Source of the DNA: Ignavibacteria bacterium
GTDB taxonomy: Bacteria; Bacteroidota; Ignavibacteria; Tepidaquicellales; OLB5
DNA length: 62,074 nucleotides
Reading direction: 5' to 3'
NCBI GenBank assembly: GCA_031430615.1
Contig: JANPBV010000381.1
Span: 1 to 62,074 of the forward strand
The position numbers and the translations under genes are program-made. The notes beneath the pieces were generated by a model. That model saw nothing but the letters and a program-made list of their open reading frames with translations. It was not told where the DNA came from and searched no databases. Shown one piece after another: positions 53,808 to 62,074 of the stretch (positions within the stretch are counted from its first letter, which is position 1; each line of letters begins with the position of its first letter).

Positions 53808-55149
53808 TAAATTACCAACTGATAAAGAATTATTCTTAAATGAAAGATGGTTTGCAGTAAATCATAAAGCATTAAATCATCCAGTTCAGAAAAAATTAAA
53901 TTCTGATTTTAAGACAAAATTGTATAGGAATTTCGTAATTGCTGCAGGAAGAAGATCATTCAAAACCGAACGTTTTGCCAAAAGATTATTAGTCAGAGAG
54001 TGCCTTAAAAAAGTAAATAATAAAAAAGTTTACTTCGCTGGAGCGCCAACCAGACAGCAGGCAAAAGAAATATTCTGGGAAGATCTCAAAAAACTTGCAC
54101 CTGCCAAATTTGTGAATAGAATAAGAGAGGTTGACCTGAGAATTACATTTCATGGTGGTTCATCAATTAAAGTAATAGGATTAAAGGAGTTTAAAAGAGT
54201 GCAGGGTCAATTGATGCATGGAATAGTGATAACAGAATACCAGGATTGCGACCCGGGGGTTTACAATGAATCAATTGAACCTATGATAAACGATACGCGC
54301 GGATGGTGTATAAAAGAGGGAAGACCGTTTGGTAAAAATCATTTCTTTGATGACTTCCTAAAAGGGAAACAGGGGCAAAAAGGATGGCAGTCATATCACT
54401 GGACAAGCGAGGATATACTTTCAAAAGAGCAAATAGAAGAAGCAAAGGCAAACCTTGCCAAGCCTGATTATGAGCGCGAATACAAGGCATCATTTGAAAC
54501 AGCAAGCCAGAGACCTTATTATGGCTACACAGAAAAGAATAATATGCGAACAACTATTTTACCTGAGCTTCCTTTTATAGTTACATGCGATTTTAATGCG
54601 CAGGATAAACCAATGAGCTGGGTAGTAGGACAAAAACACAAATATGGCAGCAATGAAATTACTTATTGGCACAGGTCGCTTTCATTTCAATTCACAAACA
54701 CAATCACAATGTGCGGACTTTTGGATGAGGATTATTTCAGGACACTCAATGGTGGTTACCCGAAGATGATAATATTTTACGGTGATTATTCCGGCAGGAA
54801 GCATACTTCAAACTCCAGTTTTAGTGACTGGGAAATAATTGAGAAATATTTTACTAATAAAACCGACATTGAATTCAGAAAAAAGCCGTGTATGAGTATC
54901 CGTGATTCAATTAGCGCAACAAATGCCCAGTTGTGTAATTCAAAGGGTGAGGTAAAACAATTTGTTGACCCGGTAAACTGCAGGGAGCTTATCAAAGACT
55001 GGGAATACTGCGCATGGAAAGATAATGGCAGAGAGCTTGATGAAAGGGACCCATTGAGAACACATTTATGCCGGGCTGTAGATTATTACAATGACTATGA
55101 GTACCCGATACGCGGAAAAACAATAACAGGCTCATTAAGAACGATTTAA
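53782..55149 (+). CDS. Terminase large subunit
   Basis: 455 aa; Walker A-like AAGRRSFKTE; Walker B-like HGIVITEYQD; nuclease-half acidic residues; overlaps TerS. Confidence 0.8.
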   Translation: MKLSMKTFDKLPTDKELFLNERWFAVNHKALNHPVQKKLNSDFKTKLYRNFVIAAGRRSFKTERFAKRLLVRECLKKVNNKKVYFAGAPTRQQAKEIFWEDLKKLAPAKFVNRIREVDLRITFHGGSSIKVIGLKEFKRVQGQLMHGIVITEYQDCDPGVYNESIEPMINDTRGWCIKEGRPFGKNHFFDDFLKGKQGQKGWQSYHWTSEDILSKEQIEEAKANLAKPDYEREYKASFETASQRPYYGYTEKNNMRTTILPELPFIVTCDFNAQDKPMSWVVGQKHKYGSNEITYWHRSLSFQFTNTITMCGLLDEDYFRTLNGGYPKMIIFYGDYSGRKHTSNSSFSDWEIIEKYFTNKTDIEFRKKPCMSIRDSISATNAQLCNSKGEVKQFVDPVNCRELIKDWEYCAWKDNGRELDERDPLRTHLCRAVDYYNDYEYPIRGKTITGSLRTI

Positions 55150-55176
55150 CAAACAAAAACTAAAATACTTCATAAC

Positions 55177-56541
55177 ATGCTCTTAAACGGAAATATTTAC
55201 GAAGAACTAAATAAAGCATTCAGCTCTGCTTTAAGTAAAAGCGAGGCAAACAGGCTTTCTGTACACAATGAATTTGCTGCTTTTTATAACAACGATTACG
55301 AATCAATTTGCGGTTACTTAAGAGAAGCTACACTTAACAACCCATTTTCAGAGGAAACACTGAAAGATCTCAGGTTCAGGCATGTTAATGTGATAAAGAA
55401 AATTATCTGCCGTATAACAAGCGGAATATTTACGAAAGATCCTGTTTTAAAACTAATTGATTCTGATGATAAGGATATAAACACTCTTGCAGCAATATTA
55501 ACTGATTGCCGTTTTGTTCAGAAAGTTAAAGAGGCATTTCAGAAAGCAACATATTTTAACACAGTTGAAGCAAATGTAGTTTGGGATAGCAAATCGCAAA
55601 AGATCAGAATTGATATTATTACACCAAACAATTACGTGGTTGAAACCGGTAATGATTACCTGGATAAGACCAAGATAGCAGTAAGGAAAGCAGATAATAC
55701 CGGTGAAATATACTGGTCTTATTGGAGCGATAAGGAGCATTACCTTGTAAAAAATGGAGATAAAACTGCACCGGAAAATAATCCCGAAATGGTTAATCCA
55801 TATTTCAATAGCAGAAACAACGAAAGCTCACTCCCTTTTGCGGTATTAAGAATGGATGAAGGTGAGGATTACTTTGGCGAACCTAACTGGAATATTTTCC
55901 TTCATCAGAAAAACCTTGATATAAGGCTGACCGACCTGAATGAAACAGAACTCAAAACCCTTCACCAGTTGTATCTTGGAATAAACACAAACTTTTCAAA
56001 TGATGAAACATTCAGAGCAGGTGATTTTAAGCAGATAAATAACGTAAAGGAAGAGGACAAAGAACCAAAGATTGAAAGTATAATTGCAGATGTTGATTAT
56101 ACTTCGGTAAGAGAGAACATTGACTGGCATAACAGGCTTGTGCTGAACAGTGAAGGATTGAACGGGAATTCAACCAGCATGGATATAAAAGCAGAATCAG
56201 GTGCGGCAAAAATGATTGATGAGCTTGAACTGCTTGAAAAACGCGAGGAATACAAGACGATACTATATCACTTTATGGTAAATCTGCTGGGGGTTGTAAG
56301 GATGGTGTGGAATTATTACAATCCACGAATCGCGATAAGCGATACATCAGGATTTGATGTGCGGTTCACCGAAGCAAAGTTATTTGAAACGATTGATGAT
56401 AAAAAGAAGCGGTATGATATGGCTCTGGAATACGGGTATAAAGATGAAATTGATATTACAGCAGAAGAGCTTGAAGTAAGTGAAGCAGAAGCACTCGAAA
56501 TAATAAAAATGAGGAAAGATAGGAAGAACATTCTTATATAG
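55177..56541 (+). CDS. Portal protein
   Basis: 454 aa, directly after TerL, acidic C-terminus. Call based on position and size. Confidence 0.6.
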   Translation: MLLNGNIYEELNKAFSSALSKSEANRLSVHNEFAAFYNNDYESICGYLREATLNNPFSEETLKDLRFRHVNVIKKIICRITSGIFTKDPVLKLIDSDDKDINTLAAILTDCRFVQKVKEAFQKATYFNTVEANVVWDSKSQKIRIDIITPNNYVVETGNDYLDKTKIAVRKADNTGEIYWSYWSDKEHYLVKNGDKTAPENNPEMVNPYFNSRNNESSLPFAVLRMDEGEDYFGEPNWNIFLHQKNLDIRLTDLNETELKTLHQLYLGINTNFSNDETFRAGDFKQINNVKEEDKEPKIESIIADVDYTSVRENIDWHNRLVLNSEGLNGNSTSMDIKAESGAAKMIDELELLEKREEYKTILYHFMVNLLGVVRMVWNYYNPRIAISDTSGFDVRFTEAKLFETIDDKKKRYDMALEYGYKDEIDITAEELEVSEAEALEIIKMRKDRKNILI

Positions 56542-56644
56542 ACCCCCTCCCCGCTCTGCGGGACTCCCCCTTTGTAAGGGAGAGACGAAAAAAACATTTT
56601 AACAAATAAATAGATTCCAGCATACTCGGAATGAAAAGAAAAAA

Positions 56645-57178
56645 ATGAAAATAAAAACAATTGAGATCTTATTTAACTCCGATGGCGGTTCATCACCAGG
56701 CGGTGGAAGTTCCGCAAGTGATGAAACTATTACACTAACCAAAGCGGAGCATGAAAAGCTTATGAATGAATCAGCTGAGCTTGTAAAGATTAAAGAAAGT
56801 ACTTCATCTGGGAATCCCGCACGTATTAAGGAGCTTGAAATTTCAGTTAATTCCCTTCAGTCAGAAAAAGAGAGCATAACAAAAAAGTATAACGAGCTTG
56901 AGTCAGGGATTAAGCAGCAATATTACGAGCAGTTAAGCGATGAGCATAAAAAAATTGCAAAGCTAATTCCAACTGTTGAAGGAATTGCAGAATATGTAAA
57001 GCTTAACACTCAAAAAGCGCCGGCAGGGAGTGACTCCGCCCGCCCGGGAGCAGGATTCAGTGATAACTTTAATTCCAAATGGGATGAACTGAATTACAAT
57101 GAAAAGGAAGAGCTGCGGAAGAAAAGACCCGAACAATGGCGGAAATTATACAGGGAGAAGTTTGGAACGAGTCCATAA
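56645..57178 (+). CDS. Scaffolding protein
   Basis: 177 aa; G/S-rich N-terminus; long coiled coil (KELEISVNSLQSEKESITKKYNELESG); basic C-terminus; between portal and capsid genes. Confidence 0.55.
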   Translation: MKIKTIEILFNSDGGSSPGGGSSASDETITLTKAEHEKLMNESAELVKIKESTSSGNPARIKELEISVNSLQSEKESITKKYNELESGIKQQYYEQLSDEHKKIAKLIPTVEGIAEYVKLNTQKAPAGSDSARPGAGFSDNFNSKWDELNYNEKEELRKKRPEQWRKLYREKFGTSP

Positions 57179-57266
57179 AGTTATAAAGTTATAAAGTTGT
57201 AAAGTTAAAAGAATTCACTATTTCATTATTTCACTATTTGATTATTTCGCTATTTATTTATTTCGC
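57179..57266. repeat. Eleven tandem octamers (4x AGTTRWAA, then 7x TATTTSRY)
   Basis: agttataa agttataa agttgtaa agttaaaa gaattcac tatttcat tatttcac tatttgat tatttcgc tatttatt tatttcgc. Starts 1 nt after the scaffold stop. The second block is the reverse complement of the 3113-3136 word (gcgaaata/gtgaaata). Confidence 0.9.
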
Positions 57267-57308
57267 AATATTAATTAACTAACTTACTAATTTAAACTAA
57301 AACAATTT

Positions 57309-58322
57309 ATGGCATCATTAACATTAGATGATTTAGCCGGTAAATTCCAGAGTGAGACCTTTAAAGCCACACTGAGAGGAACATTTACCAAAGCATTAAG
57401 CTTTTTCGGTTCAGGCTTTATGACAGAAGCGCCCGATGGAGTAATTGACCCAAATCAACTGGGGACATTCGGTAACTTACCGCAGTGGAATGTTGATACA
57501 TCAGACCCTGACCAGATAACAACATCATCAACAACACCAATTAACAAACTCTCAGCTTACAAAGACCGTTTTTCATGGATGGAGCTTGAAAAAGGCTGGG
57601 GCGCGCAGGAGCTTGTTAACACAGTTGCGGGCAGAGGCAATGATATGATCGAGGAAATTGCCGTTCACATTGGCGAGTACTGGGCATATGCTCTGCAGAA
57701 AAGAGCTATCAACATTCTAAAAGGTAACTTTGCGACCGCGCTTGCATCAACCCACTCAACAGGCAACACATATTCAGGAGCAAATATATCCAATGCAGGT
57801 GTACTTGCGGCAAAGTACAAGCTGGGTGACTGGCACAGAATGCTGAGCTTAATCTTAATGCACTCAAAAGTACACGGCGATGCAGTGACAAATAACCTTA
57901 TCACTTTCCCGGCCGGACCCGTTGGCAATACAACATTTGTTACAGGCAACCCGGGTCAGATACTCGGACTCATGCCATTTGCAGATGATGACCTTACAGC
58001 AACAGCGGGAGTTTACTCCAGTTTCCTTGGCGGAAGAGGCTCAATGGTCTACAAATTAAGGAACCGCCCTGGCAGCGCAATGACAAATAAAAATGTTATA
58101 AAAACCGGCGGCATATATCTTGAGCTTACCCGTGATGCCAAACAGGCAGGCGGTACTGATGAGATAATTACCCGTGTATCATGCATGGTTCACACACCGG
58201 GTGTTGCTTACGCTGATGCTGCCCCTGAGAATCCGACACTTGCGCAGCTTGCAACAGGCAGCAACTGGTCAAAGGTAGCCCCGGATAAACTGATAAAAGT
58301 TGCTGAACTGAAAACTACATAA
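57309..58322 (+). CDS. Major capsid protein
   Basis: 337 aa, after the scaffold; size and position typical of HK97-fold capsid proteins without a delta domain. Confidence 0.65.
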   Translation: MASLTLDDLAGKFQSETFKATLRGTFTKALSFFGSGFMTEAPDGVIDPNQLGTFGNLPQWNVDTSDPDQITTSSTTPINKLSAYKDRFSWMELEKGWGAQELVNTVAGRGNDMIEEIAVHIGEYWAYALQKRAINILKGNFATALASTHSTGNTYSGANISNAGVLAAKYKLGDWHRMLSLILMHSKVHGDAVTNNLITFPAGPVGNTTFVTGNPGQILGLMPFADDDLTATAGVYSSFLGGRGSMVYKLRNRPGSAMTNKNVIKTGGIYLELTRDAKQAGGTDEIITRVSCMVHTPGVAYADAAPENPTLAQLATGSNWSKVAPDKLIKVAELKTT

Positions 58323-58444
58323 ACAAATAATTGGAATAATTCACCTTTACACATATCCTTAAACTTTTCCTAAGCTCTCCCCTGCTTAAAATAATGGGGA
58401 GAGTATGGAGAAGTAAAAATAAAATTTATAATAACCCGATAACA

Positions 58445-58825
58445 ATGGCTGAAAATACCAATACAAACAAAACTGATACAAATAAGACGGAAATTTATGA
58501 AATTAACCCTTCAATACTTAATTCATCAATGGGATACTCGGCACAGATAGATGACGATAATATTATGGTTGTATCACACCTCTTTGGAGAAGGATTCAAC
58601 AGGAATAATGAGAAGGTAAGGATAATTAAGGAAGAAGGTTTTGTACTGATAAATGGCGAAAGAACTATTTCAGGAAAATTTGAATCATTAAGCGATACGC
58701 AGTTATACCAGCTTGTGACAGCGGGTGTGATACTGTTAAACGATAAGCAGAGAAATGATTTCAGGAAGAAATTCTTTACATTAGAAACAAATAGAAATGA
58801 AACTGAAAAGAAGAAAAATAAATAA
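58445..58825 (+). CDS. Phage head-associated hypothetical protein
   Basis: Internal ATG (MAENTNT) chosen; follows the capsid gene; K-rich C-terminus. Confidence 0.4.
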   Translation: MAENTNTNKTDTNKTEIYEINPSILNSSMGYSAQIDDDNIMVVSHLFGEGFNRNNEKVRIIKEEGFVLINGERTISGKFESLSDTQLYQLVTAGVILLNDKQRNDFRKKFFTLETNRNETEKKKNK

Positions 58826-58842
58826 TTTAAATTAATTTACCC

Positions 58843-59532
58843 ATGCCACTGGAAGAATATTTAACTGAAGAAGATATAAAGAGCTACATACCTGAGCTAT
58901 CAAGATTTCTATGGTCAGAAGAGACTGATTACTCAAATCAAAAACAACAGGCTGTAAATGAAGTTAAGCTGGAGCTTGCCTCCAAAGGATTTAATCCTGC
59001 ATTGATAAATCCGCGTCTTGTTATCAGGTATGCGGGAATTTCAGAAGACAGTGATCATACCACACCTCCAACCGGTGAAGATACAGCAGCAAGGCTGAGA
59101 TATGTTCTTGCAGTAAAAGAATTCACACCCGGCGGACTTAAGACTTTCATTCTTGAAGGGAGCAATGATAAAACAAACTGGAATGTATTAGATTCACGTA
59201 AAGCTGAGGAGGCAGGTACAATTACATTTATGCTTTCAAGCTCATACCTTTATTACAGGCTAATAGTGACCATAACCGGCGGAACAATTGACTACGATGC
59301 ATATTTATGCGATACAGGGATTGAAAAACTTATCGCATATAAATGGCTTGAGCTGATATTGCTTGATAAGATCACCCAGGATAACGACCAGTATCATCTG
59401 AAGATGAAATATTTTAAAGGTGAATACGAGAAGTTACTAGGGCGGATAAAAATATGGGAAGATAATAATTCCGATGGCGTAATTGATGGGAATGAATTCA
59501 ACAGAACAGGTTCAATTAGAATGCTAAAGTAA
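58843..59532 (+). CDS. Phage hypothetical protein (head-tail connector region)
   Basis: 229 aa; position between the capsid and tail genes. Confidence 0.4.
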   Translation: MPLEEYLTEEDIKSYIPELSRFLWSEETDYSNQKQQAVNEVKLELASKGFNPALINPRLVIRYAGISEDSDHTTPPTGEDTAARLRYVLAVKEFTPGGLKTFILEGSNDKTNWNVLDSRKAEEAGTITFMLSSSYLYYRLIVTITGGTIDYDAYLCDTGIEKLIAYKWLELILLDKITQDNDQYHLKMKYFKGEYEKLLGRIKIWEDNNSDGVIDGNEFNRTGSIRMLK

Positions 59533-59545
59533 ACTATAACAGAAA

Positions 59546-60001
59546 ATGATATACAAAGTAATAAGCGATTGGGTCACCCAAAAGATAACATTGCTTAATA
59601 ATTCACTGCCTATAGATGAAAGGCTCAAATTATCAGATGCAAATTTTGATATGGATTTTCTTCCTGCAAACCTTAAGGATAATTCATACTTAATAAAGCT
59701 AAGTGATATTAAAAATGAAGATAATGAATCCGGTGAGGTAGTGGTAAATACTGTAATTGAATTTCACTTCAGGCTGTATAAAAAGCCGCTTGAGTATTAC
59801 AGGAAAATGATTGATGAAAAGCTGTTTGCGCTATGTAAGTTATTGAATGATGATTCAGAAGCAGGGCTTGAATATATTTCTGATGGTATAACAATTGCGA
59901 ATATTCATAACATAGCAATTCATGGGCTTGATAAAGCTTATAAGGGTGGTGAATATATTTTTCCGAGAGTGGCATTTGAGTTGCAAATATTCAACAACTA
60001 A
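59546..60001 (+). CDS. Phage hypothetical protein (head-tail joining/tail completion region)
   Basis: 151 aa; positional call. Confidence 0.4.
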   Translation: MIYKVISDWVTQKITLLNNSLPIDERLKLSDANFDMDFLPANLKDNSYLIKLSDIKNEDNESGEVVVNTVIEFHFRLYKKPLEYYRKMIDEKLFALCKLLNDDSEAGLEYISDGITIANIHNIAIHGLDKAYKGGEYIFPRVAFELQIFNN

Positions 60002-60013
60002 AATTTATAATCT

Positions 60014-60126
60014 GGGGCTACTTCTTTCGCTCTGCTCAATAAGTCAGGAAAGCCCTGTTTGTGGGGCAAACTCATCCACGACCTAACTGAAAGACCAGTC
60101 AAGAAGGTCGTGGCAATTCAGAAATC
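60014..60126 (+). repeat. ~115-nt two-hairpin element, prophage copy
   Basis: gggct...agccc hairpin and ccacgacc-(22 nt)-ggtcgtgg 8-bp hairpin. Homologous to 15250-15365. Confidence 0.8.
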
Positions 60127-60229
60127 AAAAAAGAGATTTTTAGAAGTACTCAAAAGTTTGGAATAAACACTATAAATCAATTTATAAAAAAGTATGTTTT
60201 TAAAAAACTAATTAATGAATAAATAAATT

Positions 60230-60787
60230 ATGTCAAAAGCATTAAGAGATAAGGGCGGGAATTTGCTGGTTATTGTTGAGCTTGATGATAACCTGGCTAT
60301 ACCCGTAACAATAACAAACGGTGTGAACGCATTGAACTGCGGATTGATATTTGAATCACAGGTGGATATTGAAGCCAAGACCGAAAAATTTAAAGCCGAA
60401 GACGGCAAAACATACGGACAGGATGAAGAGTATGAAGGCAAAACCTCTGGGGTGCTGATGGAAACTTCCAAGCAGATAACCGATTACCTAGCTTTCGGCA
60501 CTCGGGGCAAGCTTCATCTTGAAATTAAATACGAAGGCATAAAAGGAGGTAAGCACCAGGAAGTATTTAAGATAGCAGATATTACGCCGCAGATGCATTT
60601 TAAAACTCCGGGCGGAACAAAGGCTATGAAATATGAATCAACTTCGATCATTCAGTCACAGCCTGTAACATTTTCAGGCGCAAATATAACCGCAATTGAA
60701 TCGGCGTTAGGAATTAACATTAAAACGGCGGGTCCGGTGACAATACCGATTGAGCAGGAACATGTTATAATTGAAACAGAAATCTAA
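60230..60787 (+). CDS. Major tail (tube) protein
   Basis: 185 aa, immediately upstream of the chaperone pair and the TMP. Confidence 0.55.
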   Translation: MSKALRDKGGNLLVIVELDDNLAIPVTITNGVNALNCGLIFESQVDIEAKTEKFKAEDGKTYGQDEEYEGKTSGVLMETSKQITDYLAFGTRGKLHLEIKYEGIKGGKHQEVFKIADITPQMHFKTPGGTKAMKYESTSIIQSQPVTFSGANITAIESALGINIKTAGPVTIPIEQEHVIIETEI

Positions 60788-60790
60788 ATC

Positions 60791-60822
60791 GACCCCACCC
60801 TAACCCTCCCCAAAGGGGAGGG
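60791..60822 (+). repeat. GACCCCACCC + CCCTCCCC-AAA-GGGGAGGG hairpin after the tail-tube stop
   Basis: gaccccaccc-taa-ccctccccaaaggggaggg. Same modules as 20980-21032 after glmS. Confidence 0.85.
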
Positions 60823-60847
60823 AACAAGAAAAAACAAAATCAAAAAA

Positions 60848-61354
60848 ATGGATAAAGTTTATGAATTTAACGGGAAGATGTACAGGTTGAGGGAGCTTGA
60901 CCTGGATTTAATGCATAAGGCATCTCCCTTATTAATAAGATATAGGGAGCTGCATTATAAATATACCTGCAATATTGATACTGCGAAACTTGAATCAGCT
61001 GAATTTGAGGTTGAACAAATAAGACTGGCTATCGGTGAATTAAAAGATTCCGATAATCCCTCAACAGAAAGTATTAACAGGCTTGAATTAAAGCTCGCAG
61101 AAACTGAAAGTGTTTTAAATAGTCCCAAACTTACTGCGCTGAAGAAATATTTAAATGACACCGAAGCTCTTGCTTTATTTGAAATACTTACTGATGCTGA
61201 ATTTATGGCAAATATACTGAATGGTATTTTAATTTCAATTGACAAAAAGAAAAGCGCAGGAATCAAAACAGAAGAATTGCAGAATAAAGATGCAATGAAA
61301 TTCATAAAGGAAGTAATTGCGGATTTTTTTTTGCTTACAACAGTGAGTGTATAA
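60848..61354 (+). CDS. Tail assembly chaperone (G-like)
   Basis: 168 aa, between the tail tube and TMP genes. T9 slippery run 22 nt before its stop. Confidence 0.6.
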   Translation: MDKVYEFNGKMYRLRELDLDLMHKASPLLIRYRELHYKYTCNIDTAKLESAEFEVEQIRLAIGELKDSDNPSTESINRLELKLAETESVLNSPKLTALKKYLNDTEALALFEILTDAEFMANILNGILISIDKKKSAGIKTEELQNKDAMKFIKEVIADFFLLTTVSV

Positions 61355-61599
61355 AACTTAATCACTTTCAGGAAACAATGCCCCGCTTTTATGATAATGG
61401 TTTGATACTGCCTGAGAAGTTTGATGTTCCCGAGAGTTTGGTTTATCAATACATGATATGGTCACTTGCAAAATATTATAAGCTCTCACCACATGAAACA
61501 GGTAGGATGAAAGAAATTGACTTTTGGCAAATGAAAGCATTCGAAGACATGGAACAGGCTAAAACAGATTATATAATGAAATTAAGATCAGGCAGTTAA
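60848..61599 (+). CDS. Tail assembly chaperone GT-like fusion via programmed -1 frameshift
   Basis: A slip on T_TTT_TTT (61324-61330) enters the frame of ORF 61378..61599. The -1 frame is open from 61330 to 61599. Confidence 0.5.
61324..61332 (+). other. Slippery run (T9) for a -1 ribosomal frameshift
   Basis: Zero-frame codons are gat ttt ttt ttg, matching the X_XXY_YYZ pattern T_TTT_TTT. Confidence 0.55.
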
Positions 61600-61616
61600 C
61601 AAAAATTATAAAAAAA

Positions 61617-62074
61617 ATGGATAATACAAACCCCGAAATACGGGAATTAACAATCAGTATAAACAGGCTTATAGCGGGGTACACGAAGATCTTTCCTTCT
61701 GCAAAAGGCGCGGCTAAATTTACTGAAGACCCAAAACAGAATTCAGTAAATGAGAAAAGCTTTAACACCACCCGCGAAATTACAGGGTACTTTGATTTGA
61801 TGCTTGGCGCTACAAAAGGAATGCTGAGTAATATGGGAATGATGGATTCAGGTTTTGCAAAGACTGTACAGTTTATACTTCAGATATTAAGCTCAATTGG
61901 CGGCGGCGGTGGGTTTGGCGGTTTCTTCAGCGGACTGCTTGGTGTTATTGGCGGATTGGTTGGCGGACCACTCGGCGCAGCAGCAGGCGGCAGTATTGGA
62001 AGTATTTTAGGCAGAACATCCGCGCCATTAAATACAGGGTTAAATACGCAAAGTACAAATAACAATAGTGTGAT
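61617..62074 (+). CDS. Tape measure protein, N-terminal part (3' end outside window)
   Basis: ATG at 61617; frame open to the window end (152 codons, not in the ORF track). Gly-rich hydrophobic segment SIGGGGGFGGFFSGLLGVIGGLVGGPLGAAAGG. Follows the G/GT pair. Confidence 0.65.
   Translation, partial: MDNTNPEIRELTISINRLIAGYTKIFPSAKGAAKFTEDPKQNSVNEKSFNTTREITGYFDLMLGATKGMLSNMGMMDSGFAKTVQFILQILSSIGGGGGFGGFFSGLLGVIGGLVGGPLGAAAGGSIGSILGRTSAPLNTGLNTQSTNNNSV

Larger units (their letters stand above)
52057..62074 (+). mobile_element. Prophage (siphovirus-like), left arm; continues beyond the window
   Basis: Repressor, operators, TerS, TerL, portal, scaffold, capsid, connector genes, tail tube, G/GT chaperones, TMP in canonical order. 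Left boundary not defined; no integrase in the window. Confidence 0.8.

Noticed and set aside
61880-62065. A proline-rich 61-aa minus-strand ORF.
   Set aside because: It is the antisense image of the Gly-rich segment of the tape measure gene.

Overview
Low-GC (about 35-38%) chromosomal segment from an FCB-group bacterium, Ignavibacteriota/Bacteroidota-like. This placement rests on NYPNPFNP-type T9SS C-terminal sorting domains and a fused CcoN-CcoO. All family names come from motifs read by eye; no searches were run.

Gene content:
- 1-32 kb: T9SS cargo proteins, two tandem pairs of small membrane-protein paralogs, a POT peptide transporter, dnaE, trxA, glmS, an M28 peptidase, relA/spoT and upp. 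It also holds a divergent Nuo/Mrp-like membrane-subunit trio, interrupted by a GIY-YIG nuclease gene and tandem tRNA-Leu 5'-fragment repeats that end in an intact tRNA-Leu(CAA).
- 33-43 kb: a complete cbb3 oxidase cluster, ccoI-ccoS-(Cys/Met PLP enzyme)-ccoNO-ccoQ-like-ccoP-ccoG-fixH-TauE-like.
- 43-51 kb: YARHG proteins, TonB, a ferredoxin, a tandem Usp, and Crp-type plus FNR-type regulators.
- About 52.06 kb to the window end: the left arm of a siphovirus-like prophage. It runs S24 repressor, operators, TerS, TerL, portal, scaffold, capsid, tail tube, G/GT chaperone with a -1 slippery site, then the start of the tape measure gene.

No rRNA, CRISPR array or recognisable protein-coding defence system was seen.

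The most unusual content is non-coding:
1. Strict 7-nt (GTSARAY)n and 8-nt repeat tracts directly after stop codons of envelope-protein genes.
2. Three copies of a four-hairpin array at a 45-49 nt period, with compensatory stem changes.
3. Several other hairpin/IR families, some shared between chromosome and prophage.
4. FNR-like boxes, one of which appears to drive an orphan sRNA of about 90 nt.
5. The GIY-YIG/tRNA-Leu repeat structure.
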